A stretch of 64,000 nucleotides of DNA, taken from contig CP092821.1 in NCBI GenBank assembly GCA_022530585.1, positions 905,128-969,127 on the forward strand, given 5' to 3'. Every line of letters begins with the position of its first letter. The stretch's first letter is position 1. Below, one piece after another: positions 46,834 to 54,478 of the stretch. The notes under the pieces are model-generated. The model made no database searches. It had not been told where the DNA came from and was given only the letters and a program-made list of their open reading frames with translations. Position numbers and translations under genes: made by a program. The stretch comes from Candidatus Nealsonbacteria bacterium DGGOD1a (GTDB lineage: Bacteria > Patescibacteriota > Minisyncoccia > Minisyncoccales > UBA5738).

Positions 46834-46920
46834 CAATTAAAAATGTAAAATTTATAATTCAATAATTTTAAATTTTACATTGTCATTTTGATTTTTGATT
46901 TTTACATTTTAAATTTTTAT
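46808..46920. repeat. Family-5 cassette, copy 5; overlaps the topA 3' end
   Basis: AAATTGAAAAATCAAAATGAAAAATGACAATTAAAAATGTAAAATTT ... ATTTTACATTGTCATTTTGATTTTTGATTTTTACATTTTAAATTTTT. The left arm encodes topA ...KLKNQNEK and its stop codon. Confidence 0.85.
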
Positions 46921-47020
46921 TTTTCTCTTGATTTTTCCCCAATTTCGCGCTACCCTACAATCATCAATTTGAAGATTGGCGGTGCATTATGTCATTGTTA
47001 TCTTTAGTTCCTAACTTTTT

Positions 47021-47104
47021 GCCGAAGTGGTGAAACTGGCATACACGCAGCACTCAAAATGCTGTGAGGGCAACCTCGTGTGGGTTCAACTCCCACCTTC
47101 GGCA
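47021..47104 (+). tRNA. tRNA-Leu (anticodon CAA), class II, no encoded CCA
   Basis: Manual fold: acceptor GCCGAAG/CTTCGGC with discriminator A; D-stem GTG/CAC; anticodon stem CAGCA/TGCTG with loop CTCAAAA; 13-nt variable arm (GAGG-GCAA-CCTC); T-arm GTGGG-TTCAACT-CCCAC. Confidence 0.85.
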
Positions 47105-47105
47105 C

Positions 47106-47135
47106 AAAAAATCCGCTCCATACAGGGCGGATTTT
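47106..47135. terminator. Bidirectional terminator-like hairpin between tRNA-Leu and the DUF134 gene
   Basis: AAAAAATCCGC-(loop)-GCGGATTTT, with A-run and T-run flanks. Confidence 0.55.
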
Positions 47136-47151
47136 CGTTAAAGATTAAGGA

Positions 47152-47427
47152 TTATTTTTCTATCTTAATCGCTTTGCCGTTAATCAGGGCGTCGGCGATT
47201 TTTTGGTGGGCGGATGCCAGAATGCGCGCGAAGGTGCTTTGCGAGGTGTTCATTTTTTGCGCGGCTTGAATTTGCTCCAATCCTTTCAAATTTTTCAAAC
47301 GCAACGCTTCCATTTCTTCCAGCGACATTTCAACCACTTCCAAACAGCGCACGGGTATCCCCTGCGGTTTAAAATAATTGACTTCCGGATTAAATTTTAT
47401 TCTGCGGCACAATCTGGGCCTGACCAT
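47152..47427 (-). CDS. DUF134/UPF0251-family putative DNA-binding protein
   Basis: 91 aa, ATG confirmed. RPRLCRRIKFNPEVNYFKPQGIP...LEEMEALRLKNLKGLEQIQAAQKMNTSQSTFARILASAHQKIADALINGKAI is the family pattern. Confidence 0.8.
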   Translation of the reverse strand: MVRPRLCRRIKFNPEVNYFKPQGIPVRCLEVVEMSLEEMEALRLKNLKGLEQIQAAQKMNTSQSTFARILASAHQKIADALINGKAIKIEK

Positions 47428-47443
47428 AATTTTATAAAATTTT

Positions 47444-47487
47444 TCAAAAGGGTCCGACCCTTTTTAAAAAGGGTCGGACCCTTTTGA
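47444..47487. repeat. Family-3 perfect palindrome (44 bp), core AAAAGGGTC(C/G)GACCCTTTT
   Basis: TCAAAAGGGTCCGACCCTTTTT plus its exact reverse complement, 17 nt upstream of the DUF134 start. Confidence 0.9.
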
Positions 47488-47553
47488 GATTAGCAACCGA
47501 TTTACGGCTTTAAGCGTTGTTTTTCCGTTCCAATTTCCGCATTGTTAAAAAAT

Positions 47554-48294
47554 TTATTCGCCGATCGATTTGACTAAATACATCATCAATATTCCGGCGA
47601 TAAACACCGAAAAAGAAATCATTGATTTTTTAAAATTCATTTCTTTGCGAATTTCGGGCATCAAATCCGACGCGGCGATATAAACAAATCCGCCGGCGGC
47701 AAACGGCAAAAGATACGGCAAAGCGCTTTGCAAATGCGAAAAGAAAAAATAGCCCGCGATACCGCCGATCACCACGGTCATCGCCACCGCGTAATTGATC
47801 AAAAGCGCGGTTTTCTTTTTAAATCCCGAATAGACCAGCACGCCGAAATCGCCGATTTCTTGCGGAATTTCGTGAATCGCCACCGCCAGCGTCGTGGATA
47901 TGCCCAGCGCGGGATTCACCATAAATGTGCTGGCAATCGTCAGTCCGTCAATAAAATTATGCACCGCGTCGCCCGCGAGATTCATATATCCGAAAGAATG
48001 TATTTCGCAGTCGGCTTTGTGGCAATGCCGCCAATGAATAATCTTTTCCAGCAAAAAGAAAAAAACGAACGACGCCAGAAACACGCCGAACAACAATTCC
48101 GATTCCAGCTCTTCGGCCGCTTCGGGCAAAAGATGCAAAAACGCGCCGCCCATCAAAGCTCCCGCCGACAGCGACACCAAAAACATTAAGATTTTTTCCA
48201 GAATTTCTTTTTTAAACATCAAAAACAACACTGCCGCCCAAACGCACAGAGTAATCGCAAAACTCGCCAAAATAATCATTAGTAAAATTGCCAT
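47554..48294 (-). CDS. ZIP-family divalent metal (zinc) transporter
   Basis: 246 aa, ATG confirmed, about 8 TM. HNFIDGLTIA and HEIPQEIGDF motifs. Confidence 0.85.
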   Translation of the reverse strand: MAILLMIILASFAITLCVWAAVLFLMFKKEILEKILMFLVSLSAGALMGGAFLHLLPEAAEELESELLFGVFLASFVFFFLLEKIIHWRHCHKADCEIHSFGYMNLAGDAVHNFIDGLTIASTFMVNPALGISTTLAVAIHEIPQEIGDFGVLVYSGFKKKTALLINYAVAMTVVIGGIAGYFFFSHLQSALPYLLPFAAGGFVYIAASDLMPEIRKEMNFKKSMISFSVFIAGILMMYLVKSIGE

Positions 48295-48399
48295 TGATGT
48301 TTTTTTATTCCGATTCCAGAATACCGCGAAAAATCTTTTTTTTCAAACGGCAAGGTGCCGCAAGATTCCGCCTTGCGACACCGCAACCGGCCATTTTGA

Positions 48400-48651
48400 T
48401 CATTTTTCTTTTTTCAGCGCGGCGATTTCCTCTTTTATCGCTTTCAATTCTTCTTCCAGCATCACCGCTTCTTCCTCCAGCGCCGCCGCCTCATTCTTGG
48501 GAGAAATAAATCTCCGGCGGCCAAATCCCATTCCCATTCCGCGGCCCCAGCCGCAACCGCCTCCCCAGCCCATTCCGCCGCCGCAAGGACCCATTCCCCT
48601 GCCGGTGCGCGGGCCTTGGCCCATCGGACCGGTTTGATCAAATCTCGGCAT
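48400..48651 (-). CDS. DUF5320-family protein
   Basis: MPRFDQTGPMGQGPRTGRGMGPCGGG... Gly/Met-rich N-terminus plus a C-terminal coiled coil (LEEELKAIKEEIAALKK). Confidence 0.7.
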   Translation of the reverse strand: MPRFDQTGPMGQGPRTGRGMGPCGGGMGWGGGCGWGRGMGMGFGRRRFISPKNEAAALEEEAVMLEEELKAIKEEIAALKKEK

Positions 48652-48839
48652 AATTTTTATTTGAAATCCTTATTAAGAATTCCAAATCGATTAAAATTTT
48701 TATTCTTTTTATACCCCGTCAGCTTGCCGCGGGGAACAAAAAGAATGAGGATTCCAAAGGAAACATCCTTTGGTTGATGGCGGGGTTAATACCCCGACAT
48801 CAATGTATTTTTTATCCCGACCTTTTAAGACGCCTTAAA

Positions 48840-48859
48840 TTATGAATATATATTCATAA
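48840..48859. promoter_or_regulatory. 20-bp perfect AT-rich palindrome, candidate operator upstream of the DUF5320-ZIP-DUF134 cluster
   Basis: TTATGAATAT|ATATTCATAA, about 190 nt upstream of the DUF5320 start and 30 nt from the IS left end. Confidence 0.4.
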
Positions 48860-48889
48860 CAATGTTTTGTCAAGCCAAAAGGGCGATTA

Positions 48890-50357
48890 TGTCATTTAAA
48901 AGTAGTAATGTCATACTTGCGTCCAAGTAGAAATGTCATACCTGGTATGATTGGTGGATAAAACATAACCCACCAATATGGAAAAAGAATTATTCAAGAT
49001 GACGCAAAAAGAGCTGGACAGGTATGAAGTAATAAGAAAATTGATCGCCAAAGAAATCACTCCGGGCGATGCGGCCAAGCAGCTGGGGCGGTCGGTAAGG
49101 CAGGTAAAGCGATTGCGCAACAAAGTGCGGGAGAAAGGCGCCAATGGGATCATTCACGGCTTGCGAGGCAAGCAAAGCAACAATAAGACCGATCTTAAAA
49201 TCTGGGAAAAATCCGGACAAATAATTTCAGAAAAGTATCCTGATTTCGGCCCGACCTTGGCGCATGAAAAACTGGTTGAGGTTGAAGGAATAAAAATTGG
49301 CAAGCAGACCACGCGCAATTTAATGATCGCAAAAAAGATTTGGATGCCCAAACCAAGAAAACAAAACCAGGAATTCCGCTGCCAAAGAGAACGCAAAGAA
49401 TCGCCGGGCGAGCTGGAACAATTCGACGGCTGTTACCACTTCTGGTTTGAGAAACGCGGCGATGAATCTTGTTTGTTGGCCTCCGTCGACGATGCCACCG
49501 GCCGGATCACCCGGGCGGAATTCACGGATAGCGAAAGCGTCATCAATGTGTTTCAATTCTGGAAAGGCTACCTCCAAGAATCAGGCAAACCGATAGCCAT
49601 CTACCTGGATAAATTCAGTACATATAAGATCAATCACAAAAATGCAAAAGACAACAGCGAAATGATCACCCAGTTTCAGAGAGCCGCCCGGGAACTGGAT
49701 ATAACCCTGATCACCGCCAACAGCCCGCAAGCCAAAGGCCGAATCGAACGGCTCTTTGACACTTTGCAGGACCGGCTGGTCAAGGAATTGCGATTGCGCG
49801 GCATCAGCGATATCGCCGCGGCCAGCAAATTCTTAAAAGAAGAATTCATTCCGGATTTCAATCAAAGATTTTCGGTGATTCCCAAAAAGAAAAACGATCT
49901 GCACCGGCAGCTGCCCGATTTTCAAAGTTCAAATCTTGACGCGATATTTTCCGTCCAATCGCAAAGGCGGGTACAGAATGATTTCACGATAAGGTTCAAA
50001 AACCAATGGATACAGATCGCCAAAGAGCAGATCGCCACCGTGCGCCGCAAGGATGAAATTTTGATGGAAGAGCGGCTCGACGGATCGCTGGCGATCCGTC
50101 TGCGGGATAAATATTTAAACTTCAAAATCCTGCCGGCCAAGCCGTTGAAAGCCAAAGAATTGATTGCCGCCATACCGGCAAAAAGAATCATCTCCAAGCC
50201 ACCGGCGGATCATCCTTGGCGCAAACAAATCGCCGCTGAAATCGCAAAAATCAATTGTTAAAATATTTTTCCGGAAATAACAATACTAATTCTACAAAAG
50301 TCAAGTATGACATTTCTACTTAAATTCCGGGTATGACATTTCTACTTGTATTTGACA
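48890..50357 (+). mobile_element. Intact insertion sequence (1468 bp), IS1202/ISNCY-like, with a 16-bp target-site duplication
   Basis: Ends TGTCATTTAAAAGTAGTAATGTCATAC (left) and GTATGACATTTCTACTTGTATTTGACA (right) form imperfect IRs. Each end carries two AAGTAG(A/T)AATGTCATAC motifs. Flanked by the direct repeat GCCAAAAGGGCGATTA (48874-48889 and 50358-50373). Confidence 0.85.
48978..50261 (+). CDS. DDE transposase (rve/integrase core) with N-terminal HTH
   Basis: 427 aa, ATG confirmed. N-terminal TQKELDRYEVIRKLIAKEITPGDAAKQLGRSVRQVKRLRNKVREKGANGIIHGLRGKQSN. DDE candidates VDDATG, YLDKFSTY, QAKGRIERLF. Confidence 0.85.
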   Translation: MEKELFKMTQKELDRYEVIRKLIAKEITPGDAAKQLGRSVRQVKRLRNKVREKGANGIIHGLRGKQSNNKTDLKIWEKSGQIISEKYPDFGPTLAHEKLVEVEGIKIGKQTTRNLMIAKKIWMPKPRKQNQEFRCQRERKESPGELEQFDGCYHFWFEKRGDESCLLASVDDATGRITRAEFTDSESVINVFQFWKGYLQESGKPIAIYLDKFSTYKINHKNAKDNSEMITQFQRAARELDITLITANSPQAKGRIERLFDTLQDRLVKELRLRGISDIAAASKFLKEEFIPDFNQRFSVIPKKKNDLHRQLPDFQSSNLDAIFSVQSQRRVQNDFTIRFKNQWIQIAKEQIATVRRKDEILMEERLDGSLAIRLRDKYLNFKILPAKPLKAKELIAAIPAKRIISKPPADHPWRKQIAAEIAKINC

Positions 50358-50364
50358 GCCAAAA

Positions 50365-50390
50365 GGGCGATTACATGGAATCGCCCCTAC
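50365..50390 (+). repeat. Family-4 GTAG-tailed hairpin (target of the IS insertion)
   Basis: GGGCGATTACATGGAATCGCCCCTAC. Its left arm is part of the IS target-site duplication. Confidence 0.85.
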
Positions 50391-50399
50391 AAATCCAAT

Positions 50400-51536
50400 T
50401 CATATTCCCAAATTCGGTTCGGATGTCAAATCATCAGGGCTGGCAACCGCCTCCCCCCTTTTAAAAGCAAAGTAGCCCGCGACTCCGGCCATGGCCGCGT
50501 TATCCATTGATAAATCCGCGCCGGGCGCGAGAAATTTCATATTCAGTTCATCAGCCGCTTTTTGCATTGCCTCGCGCAAAGCCGCATTGGCGCTCACGCC
50601 GCCGCCGATAATGATTGATTTGGCGGCAAATTCTTTGGCCGCCCGCGCCGTTTTTGAAACCAGCACATCAACGATCGCCTGTTGAATCTCAAAACTCATC
50701 ATTCGCGGATATTCCGGCGATTTTCGCGTTTCTTCGTTCTGCTTTTGATGCGCGTACAGCACCGCGGTTTTCAATCCCGAAAAACTGAAATTGTAATTTT
50801 TTTGGGCAATCATCGGCCGCGGCAATTTGACTTTGGTTTCCGAAGGAGCATCTAAAAGGGTCGGACCCTTTTTATTCAAAAAGGGTCCGACCCTTTTAGA
50901 ATATTTTTGGGCATATTTTGCAATCTCCGGGCCGCCGGGATAGCCCAAGCCCAAAATGCGCGCGGCTTTGTCAAAACACTCGCCCGCCGCGTCATCTTGG
51001 GTTTGTCCCAGCAATTTGTAATCGCCGATGCCGCTAGCCAAGAACAACAGCGTGTGTCCGCCCGAAACCACCAAACAAACCGCCGGCAAATAGTTTTTGG
51101 CAAATTTTTCTTCGCCGATTTTCAAAGTTATCAAATTCGCCAAAAAATGCGCCTCCAAATGATTGGCTCCCGCCAACGGCAAGTTGTATTTCTTCGCCAA
51201 ATCTTGCGCGAAATTTATTCCCGTCCATAGGCACGGATCCAAGCCCGGCCCTTGCGTTACGACGATAAATTTTAATTTTGATAAATCAAATTTTTTTGTC
51301 GCGTCTTCAAAAACGAAAGGCAGATTTTTCTGATGCTCGCGTTTTGCCAAAAACGGATACACTCCGCCGTATCCGGCGTGCAATTCGGTTTGCGAAGAAA
51401 CAACATTGGACAGCGCCTCAATCTTCTCCAATTTCCCCTTATCCTCCTTTGCCCGCAAAACGCTGATTGAAGTGTCGTCGCAAGAAGTCTCAATCGCCAA
51501 AAAATACAGTTCTCCGCCTTTTTTTGCAAATTGCAT
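50400..51536 (-). CDS. tsaD: tRNA N6-adenosine threonylcarbamoyltransferase TsaD, carrying a ~17-aa palindrome-encoded insertion
   Basis: ATG confirmed. IETSCDDTSISV, ANHLEAH, GLGYPGGPEI, NFSFSGLKT, IIGGGVSAN. See repeat 50851-50900. Confidence 0.9.
   Translation of the reverse strand: MQFAKKGGELYFLAIETSCDDTSISVLRAKEDKGKLEKIEALSNVVSSQTELHAGYGGVYPFLAKREHQKNLPFVFEDATKKFDLSKLKFIVVTQGPGLDPCLWTGINFAQDLAKKYNLPLAGANHLEAHFLANLITLKIGEEKFAKNYLPAVCLVVSGGHTLLFLASGIGDYKLLGQTQDDAAGECFDKAARILGLGYPGGPEIAKYAQKYSKRVGPFLNKKGPTLLDAPSETKVKLPRPMIAQKNYNFSFSGLKTAVLYAHQKQNEETRKSPEYPRMMSFEIQQAIVDVLVSKTARAAKEFAAKSIIIGGGVSANAALREAMQKAADELNMKFLAPGADLSMDNAAMAGVAGYFAFKRGEAVASPDDLTSEPNLGI
50851..50900. repeat. Family-3 palindrome (23-bp perfect arms, 4-nt centre) inside tsaD, in frame
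   Basis: TCTAAAAGGGTCGGACCCTTTTT-ATTC-AAAAAGGGTCCGACCCTTTTAGA. It encodes SKRVGPFLNKKGPTLL. Confidence 0.9.
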
Positions 51537-51549
51537 AATTGCTTTAAAT

Positions 51550-51643
51550 TACGAAACCATTGAATGCGAATGCTTTAAAGCGGTCTAACCCTTGCGATTA
51601 CGCAAGGGATAGACCCCAAATGCAAAGCGGTTCGCAATTCAAG
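51550..51643 (+). repeat. Family-2 nested-stem element (copy B)
   Basis: TACGAAACCATTGAATGCGAATGCTTTAAAGCGGTCTAACCCTTGCGATTACGCAAGGGATAGACCCCAAATGCAAAGCGGTTCGCAATTCAAG, immediately upstream of the tsaD start. Confidence 0.85.
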
Positions 51644-51665
51644 ATAATTGATAATTCATTGAAAA

Positions 51666-52613
51666 TTATTTTATATTTTCCAAAGCCAGCTTCACCGCCC
51701 CGATGACCGGATCGCCAACAACCACAAAATCAAACTTTTTGGGATAATAGCGTTCAATCTCATTCATCGCGGTATCAGCCACCCAGCGCGATTTATAAAC
51801 CCCGCCCGCCAGCACCAACGGCACTTGCTCAAAAAAACTAAGCTTGGCAGCGGCCACGCGCACCGACAGTGCGATTTCTCTTCCTGCAGCCAGCAAAATC
51901 GCTCGCGCCACTTTGTCGCCGCCGATTGCCGCTTCATCGCATAACACCGCCAATTTCGGCAAATCTGATTTGGAATCTTGATACACAAATTTCAGCAACT
52001 TATCAATGTTGTTAAATTTATATTTTTTAAACACAGAATCAACCAAACTTGTTTTTTCGCCCCGGCCATCTACCGACTCGGCAACCGCTTGCATAACCTG
52101 GCTACCAATCCATTCCGCCGCACCCTTGCTTACCCATCCTTGATTATTAACCAAAACCTCTTTACCATTATTCCAACCATGCGTCGCACTGCCAGTACCC
52201 GCAATCGCAACAATTCCATCTTTTCCGCTAGCGCCGGAACAAAACGCAATAAACTGGTCAGAGCCGATACTCACTTTGCCCTTAAAAATTTTCGCTATTT
52301 TTTTATTCTTTTTAAGTTCCTTGATAATCGCAACTTTTTCGTTTTTATATTCTTCTTCCATCGCCGGCAAACCGATAAAAACGGCAACAATCTTGGCGTT
52401 CTTTCTTCTTTTTATGAGATCATAAATTCCTTGGGCAACATTCTCCATCGCCAATTTTGCCCCCGCGTTGCGCACGCTTGACCCGCCCGCCGCCGACCGC
52501 GCGACAATTTTCCCGTCCAAATCCGCCAGCGCGCACGCGGTCTTCGTCCCTCCCCCGTCCACCCCGATGACAAATTCATTCTTTGTTTTTTTGCCAATTT
52601 TCCTGTTTATCAT
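51666..52613 (-). CDS. BadF/BadG/BcrA/BcrD-type ATPase (N-acetylglucosamine-kinase-like)
   Basis: ATG confirmed. VIGVDGGGTKTACALADLDGKIV...; AIAGTGSATHG; LAGGVYKS. Confidence 0.75.
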   Translation of the reverse strand: MINRKIGKKTKNEFVIGVDGGGTKTACALADLDGKIVARSAAGGSSVRNAGAKLAMENVAQGIYDLIKRRKNAKIVAVFIGLPAMEEEYKNEKVAIIKELKKNKKIAKIFKGKVSIGSDQFIAFCSGASGKDGIVAIAGTGSATHGWNNGKEVLVNNQGWVSKGAAEWIGSQVMQAVAESVDGRGEKTSLVDSVFKKYKFNNIDKLLKFVYQDSKSDLPKLAVLCDEAAIGGDKVARAILLAAGREIALSVRVAAAKLSFFEQVPLVLAGGVYKSRWVADTAMNEIERYYPKKFDFVVVGDPVIGAVKLALENIK

Positions 52614-52727
52614 TTATTATTTATCAATTGATAATTGAATTTACTATCATTCTACCACACCACACCTCCATATAAAAAAAGGAAGCCAATACGCAATTAT
52701 CGCAATTGGCCATGGAGCATTAAATAC

Positions 52728-52844
52728 TTAAATTTCAATTATTAAATGCAATTCCTTGCTTCCAATAATTTCGAAAGATATTTTTTGCTCATTTAAAATC
52801 TTTTCTAAACTTTCTAACTGCTCCGATGTCATTCTTATTGTCAT
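52728..52844 (-). CDS. Possible 38-aa small protein in an otherwise empty 330-bp gap
   Basis: My translation: MTIRMTSEQLESLEKILNEQKISFEIIGSKELHLIIEI*. GGAGAG lies 7 nt upstream of ATG 52844. Support is ORF plus RBS only. Confidence 0.3.
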   Translation of the reverse strand: MTIRMTSEQLESLEKILNEQKISFEIIGSKELHLIIEI

Positions 52845-52945
52845 TTTATTTCTCTCCATCGCAAAAACAAAACACAACACACGGATTATCTCCGTGGTCT
52901 ATATTTTGCTTGATATTTTTTACTTATCACGCCTTGCCGAAAAAG

Positions 52946-54241
52946 TCAAATTTTACCGTCGTCGTCCATATTGCGCGAAACAATGGAGCCGGCGTTGATT
53001 TGGCAATTTTTGCCGATAAAGCGGGCGGGCAAAATGGTCGCGCGCGCCCCGATTTTGGAATTTTCGCCGATGATCGTGCCCAGGGATTTTAGCCCCGTGT
53101 CAACTTTGGCCAATACTTTCACACCGTCTCTCTCCTTTTTCACCCGCGCGGATATCGGCTCCCGATCCAGCCGCACATTGGCGGTGATCGCACCCGCGCC
53201 AACCCTCACTCCCCGATCAAAAATCGAATCGCCGAAATATCCCGAATGAACATGGACATCGGGCTGAAAAATCACGCGCCCCGCTTCGCAAAGCGCGCCC
53301 ACCATCGCGCCATTTTCCAAATCGCAATAATCGCGCACGATTGAATTGTTGCCGACAATGGAATTTTCGCCGATGTAACACGGCCCTTTTATCACCGCGC
53401 CTTCGTAAATTTTTACATTTTCACCGATAAAAACATTGCCTTCAATTGTCGCGTTTTTAGCGACCCAAGCGGATCTGGCAACCGTTTTTTTGGTCAGAAA
53501 ATTATCAAAAAGATATTTCCGAACCTTAAACAAATGCCACGGGTATTTAAGCGATATGCCCTCATAATCTCTATCCAATTCCACGATACGGGAATCGTTT
53601 TCCTTGGCATAGGCCAAAACCGCGGCTTCAAACTCTTTATTAAAATGAACCGTGCCGATAACTTTTTCCAAATAATCAAAATACCGATTGTCCAGCAAAT
53701 AAATACCGTTAATCTTGATGTTCGACGGCTCTTTGCCCTGTTCCGGCTTTTCAATCACTTCCAACAGCTTGTCTCCCTCCAAGCGGGCAACGCCGTAAAG
53801 CCACGGATCTTTGGTTTCCTGCCCGACCAGCACGGTTCTGGCGCCGGTCCGGCGGCTTTTCTCCAACATCTTTTCGGCCGCGCCTTGGCAATCAACGCTG
53901 TGCGCGAATACCACGAAAAATTGCCCTTTGATACGGCTTTTCGCCGCGATCATCGCCCCGCTCATTCCGTTCGCTTCCGGCTGGATCGCGTAGCTGATAT
54001 TTTTAATTTCGGGAAAATTTTTCAGTTCTTCTTCGATATCGCGTTTCAATCCTTGCACGATAACAATATCTTCAACGCCGATTTTCCGCAAACCGTCAAT
54101 CGTATACCAAATCAGCGGCTTGCCCATAATCCGCAACAAGCTTTTGTGCCTTGGATTCAGCGGCCAAAATCGCAACGACTCCCCCCCGGCCAAAATCACC
54201 GCCTGCAACGATTGATTGTTTTCTTTATTATTGTCTGCCAT
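52946..54241 (-). CDS. GlmU-like bifunctional sugar-1-phosphate nucleotidylyltransferase with left-handed beta-helix acyltransferase domain
   Basis: ATG confirmed. AVILAGGESLRFWPLN..KSLLRIMGKPLI (NTP-transferase fold). The C-terminal half consists of hexapeptide repeats. Confidence 0.75.
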   Translation of the reverse strand: MADNNKENNQSLQAVILAGGESLRFWPLNPRHKSLLRIMGKPLIWYTIDGLRKIGVEDIVIVQGLKRDIEEELKNFPEIKNISYAIQPEANGMSGAMIAAKSRIKGQFFVVFAHSVDCQGAAEKMLEKSRRTGARTVLVGQETKDPWLYGVARLEGDKLLEVIEKPEQGKEPSNIKINGIYLLDNRYFDYLEKVIGTVHFNKEFEAAVLAYAKENDSRIVELDRDYEGISLKYPWHLFKVRKYLFDNFLTKKTVARSAWVAKNATIEGNVFIGENVKIYEGAVIKGPCYIGENSIVGNNSIVRDYCDLENGAMVGALCEAGRVIFQPDVHVHSGYFGDSIFDRGVRVGAGAITANVRLDREPISARVKKERDGVKVLAKVDTGLKSLGTIIGENSKIGARATILPARFIGKNCQINAGSIVSRNMDDDGKI

Positions 54242-54267
54242 TTATTATTTATAATTTTCTTGAATTA

Positions 54268-54360
54268 AGAAATCATTAAATACGAATGCTATTACAGGGG
54301 TCTAACCCTTGCGATTACACAAGGGATAGACCCCAAATGCAAAGCGTTTCGCAACTCAAA
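54268..54360 (+). repeat. Family-2 nested-stem element (copy C)
   Basis: AGAAATCATTAAATACGAATGCTATTACAGGGGTCTAACCCTTGCGATTACACAAGGGATAGACCCCAAATGCAAAGCGTTTCGCAACTCAAA, upstream of the GlmU-like start. Confidence 0.85.
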
Positions 54361-54478
54361 GTAATTTATAGCTCGTGAGTTTGAAAATTTCCCGGATAAT
54401 TTTTAAAATGTTGAAATCAAATGTTGAAATCAAATATCAACAGCTTAAAAACTTTGTTGATATTTGATTTCAACAGCG

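Noticed and set aside
34270-46920. AT-rich repeated units as a CRISPR array
   Set aside because: The copies are kilobases apart and separated by housekeeping genes. They occur as inverted arms rather than direct repeats with uniform spacers, and there are no cas genes in the window.
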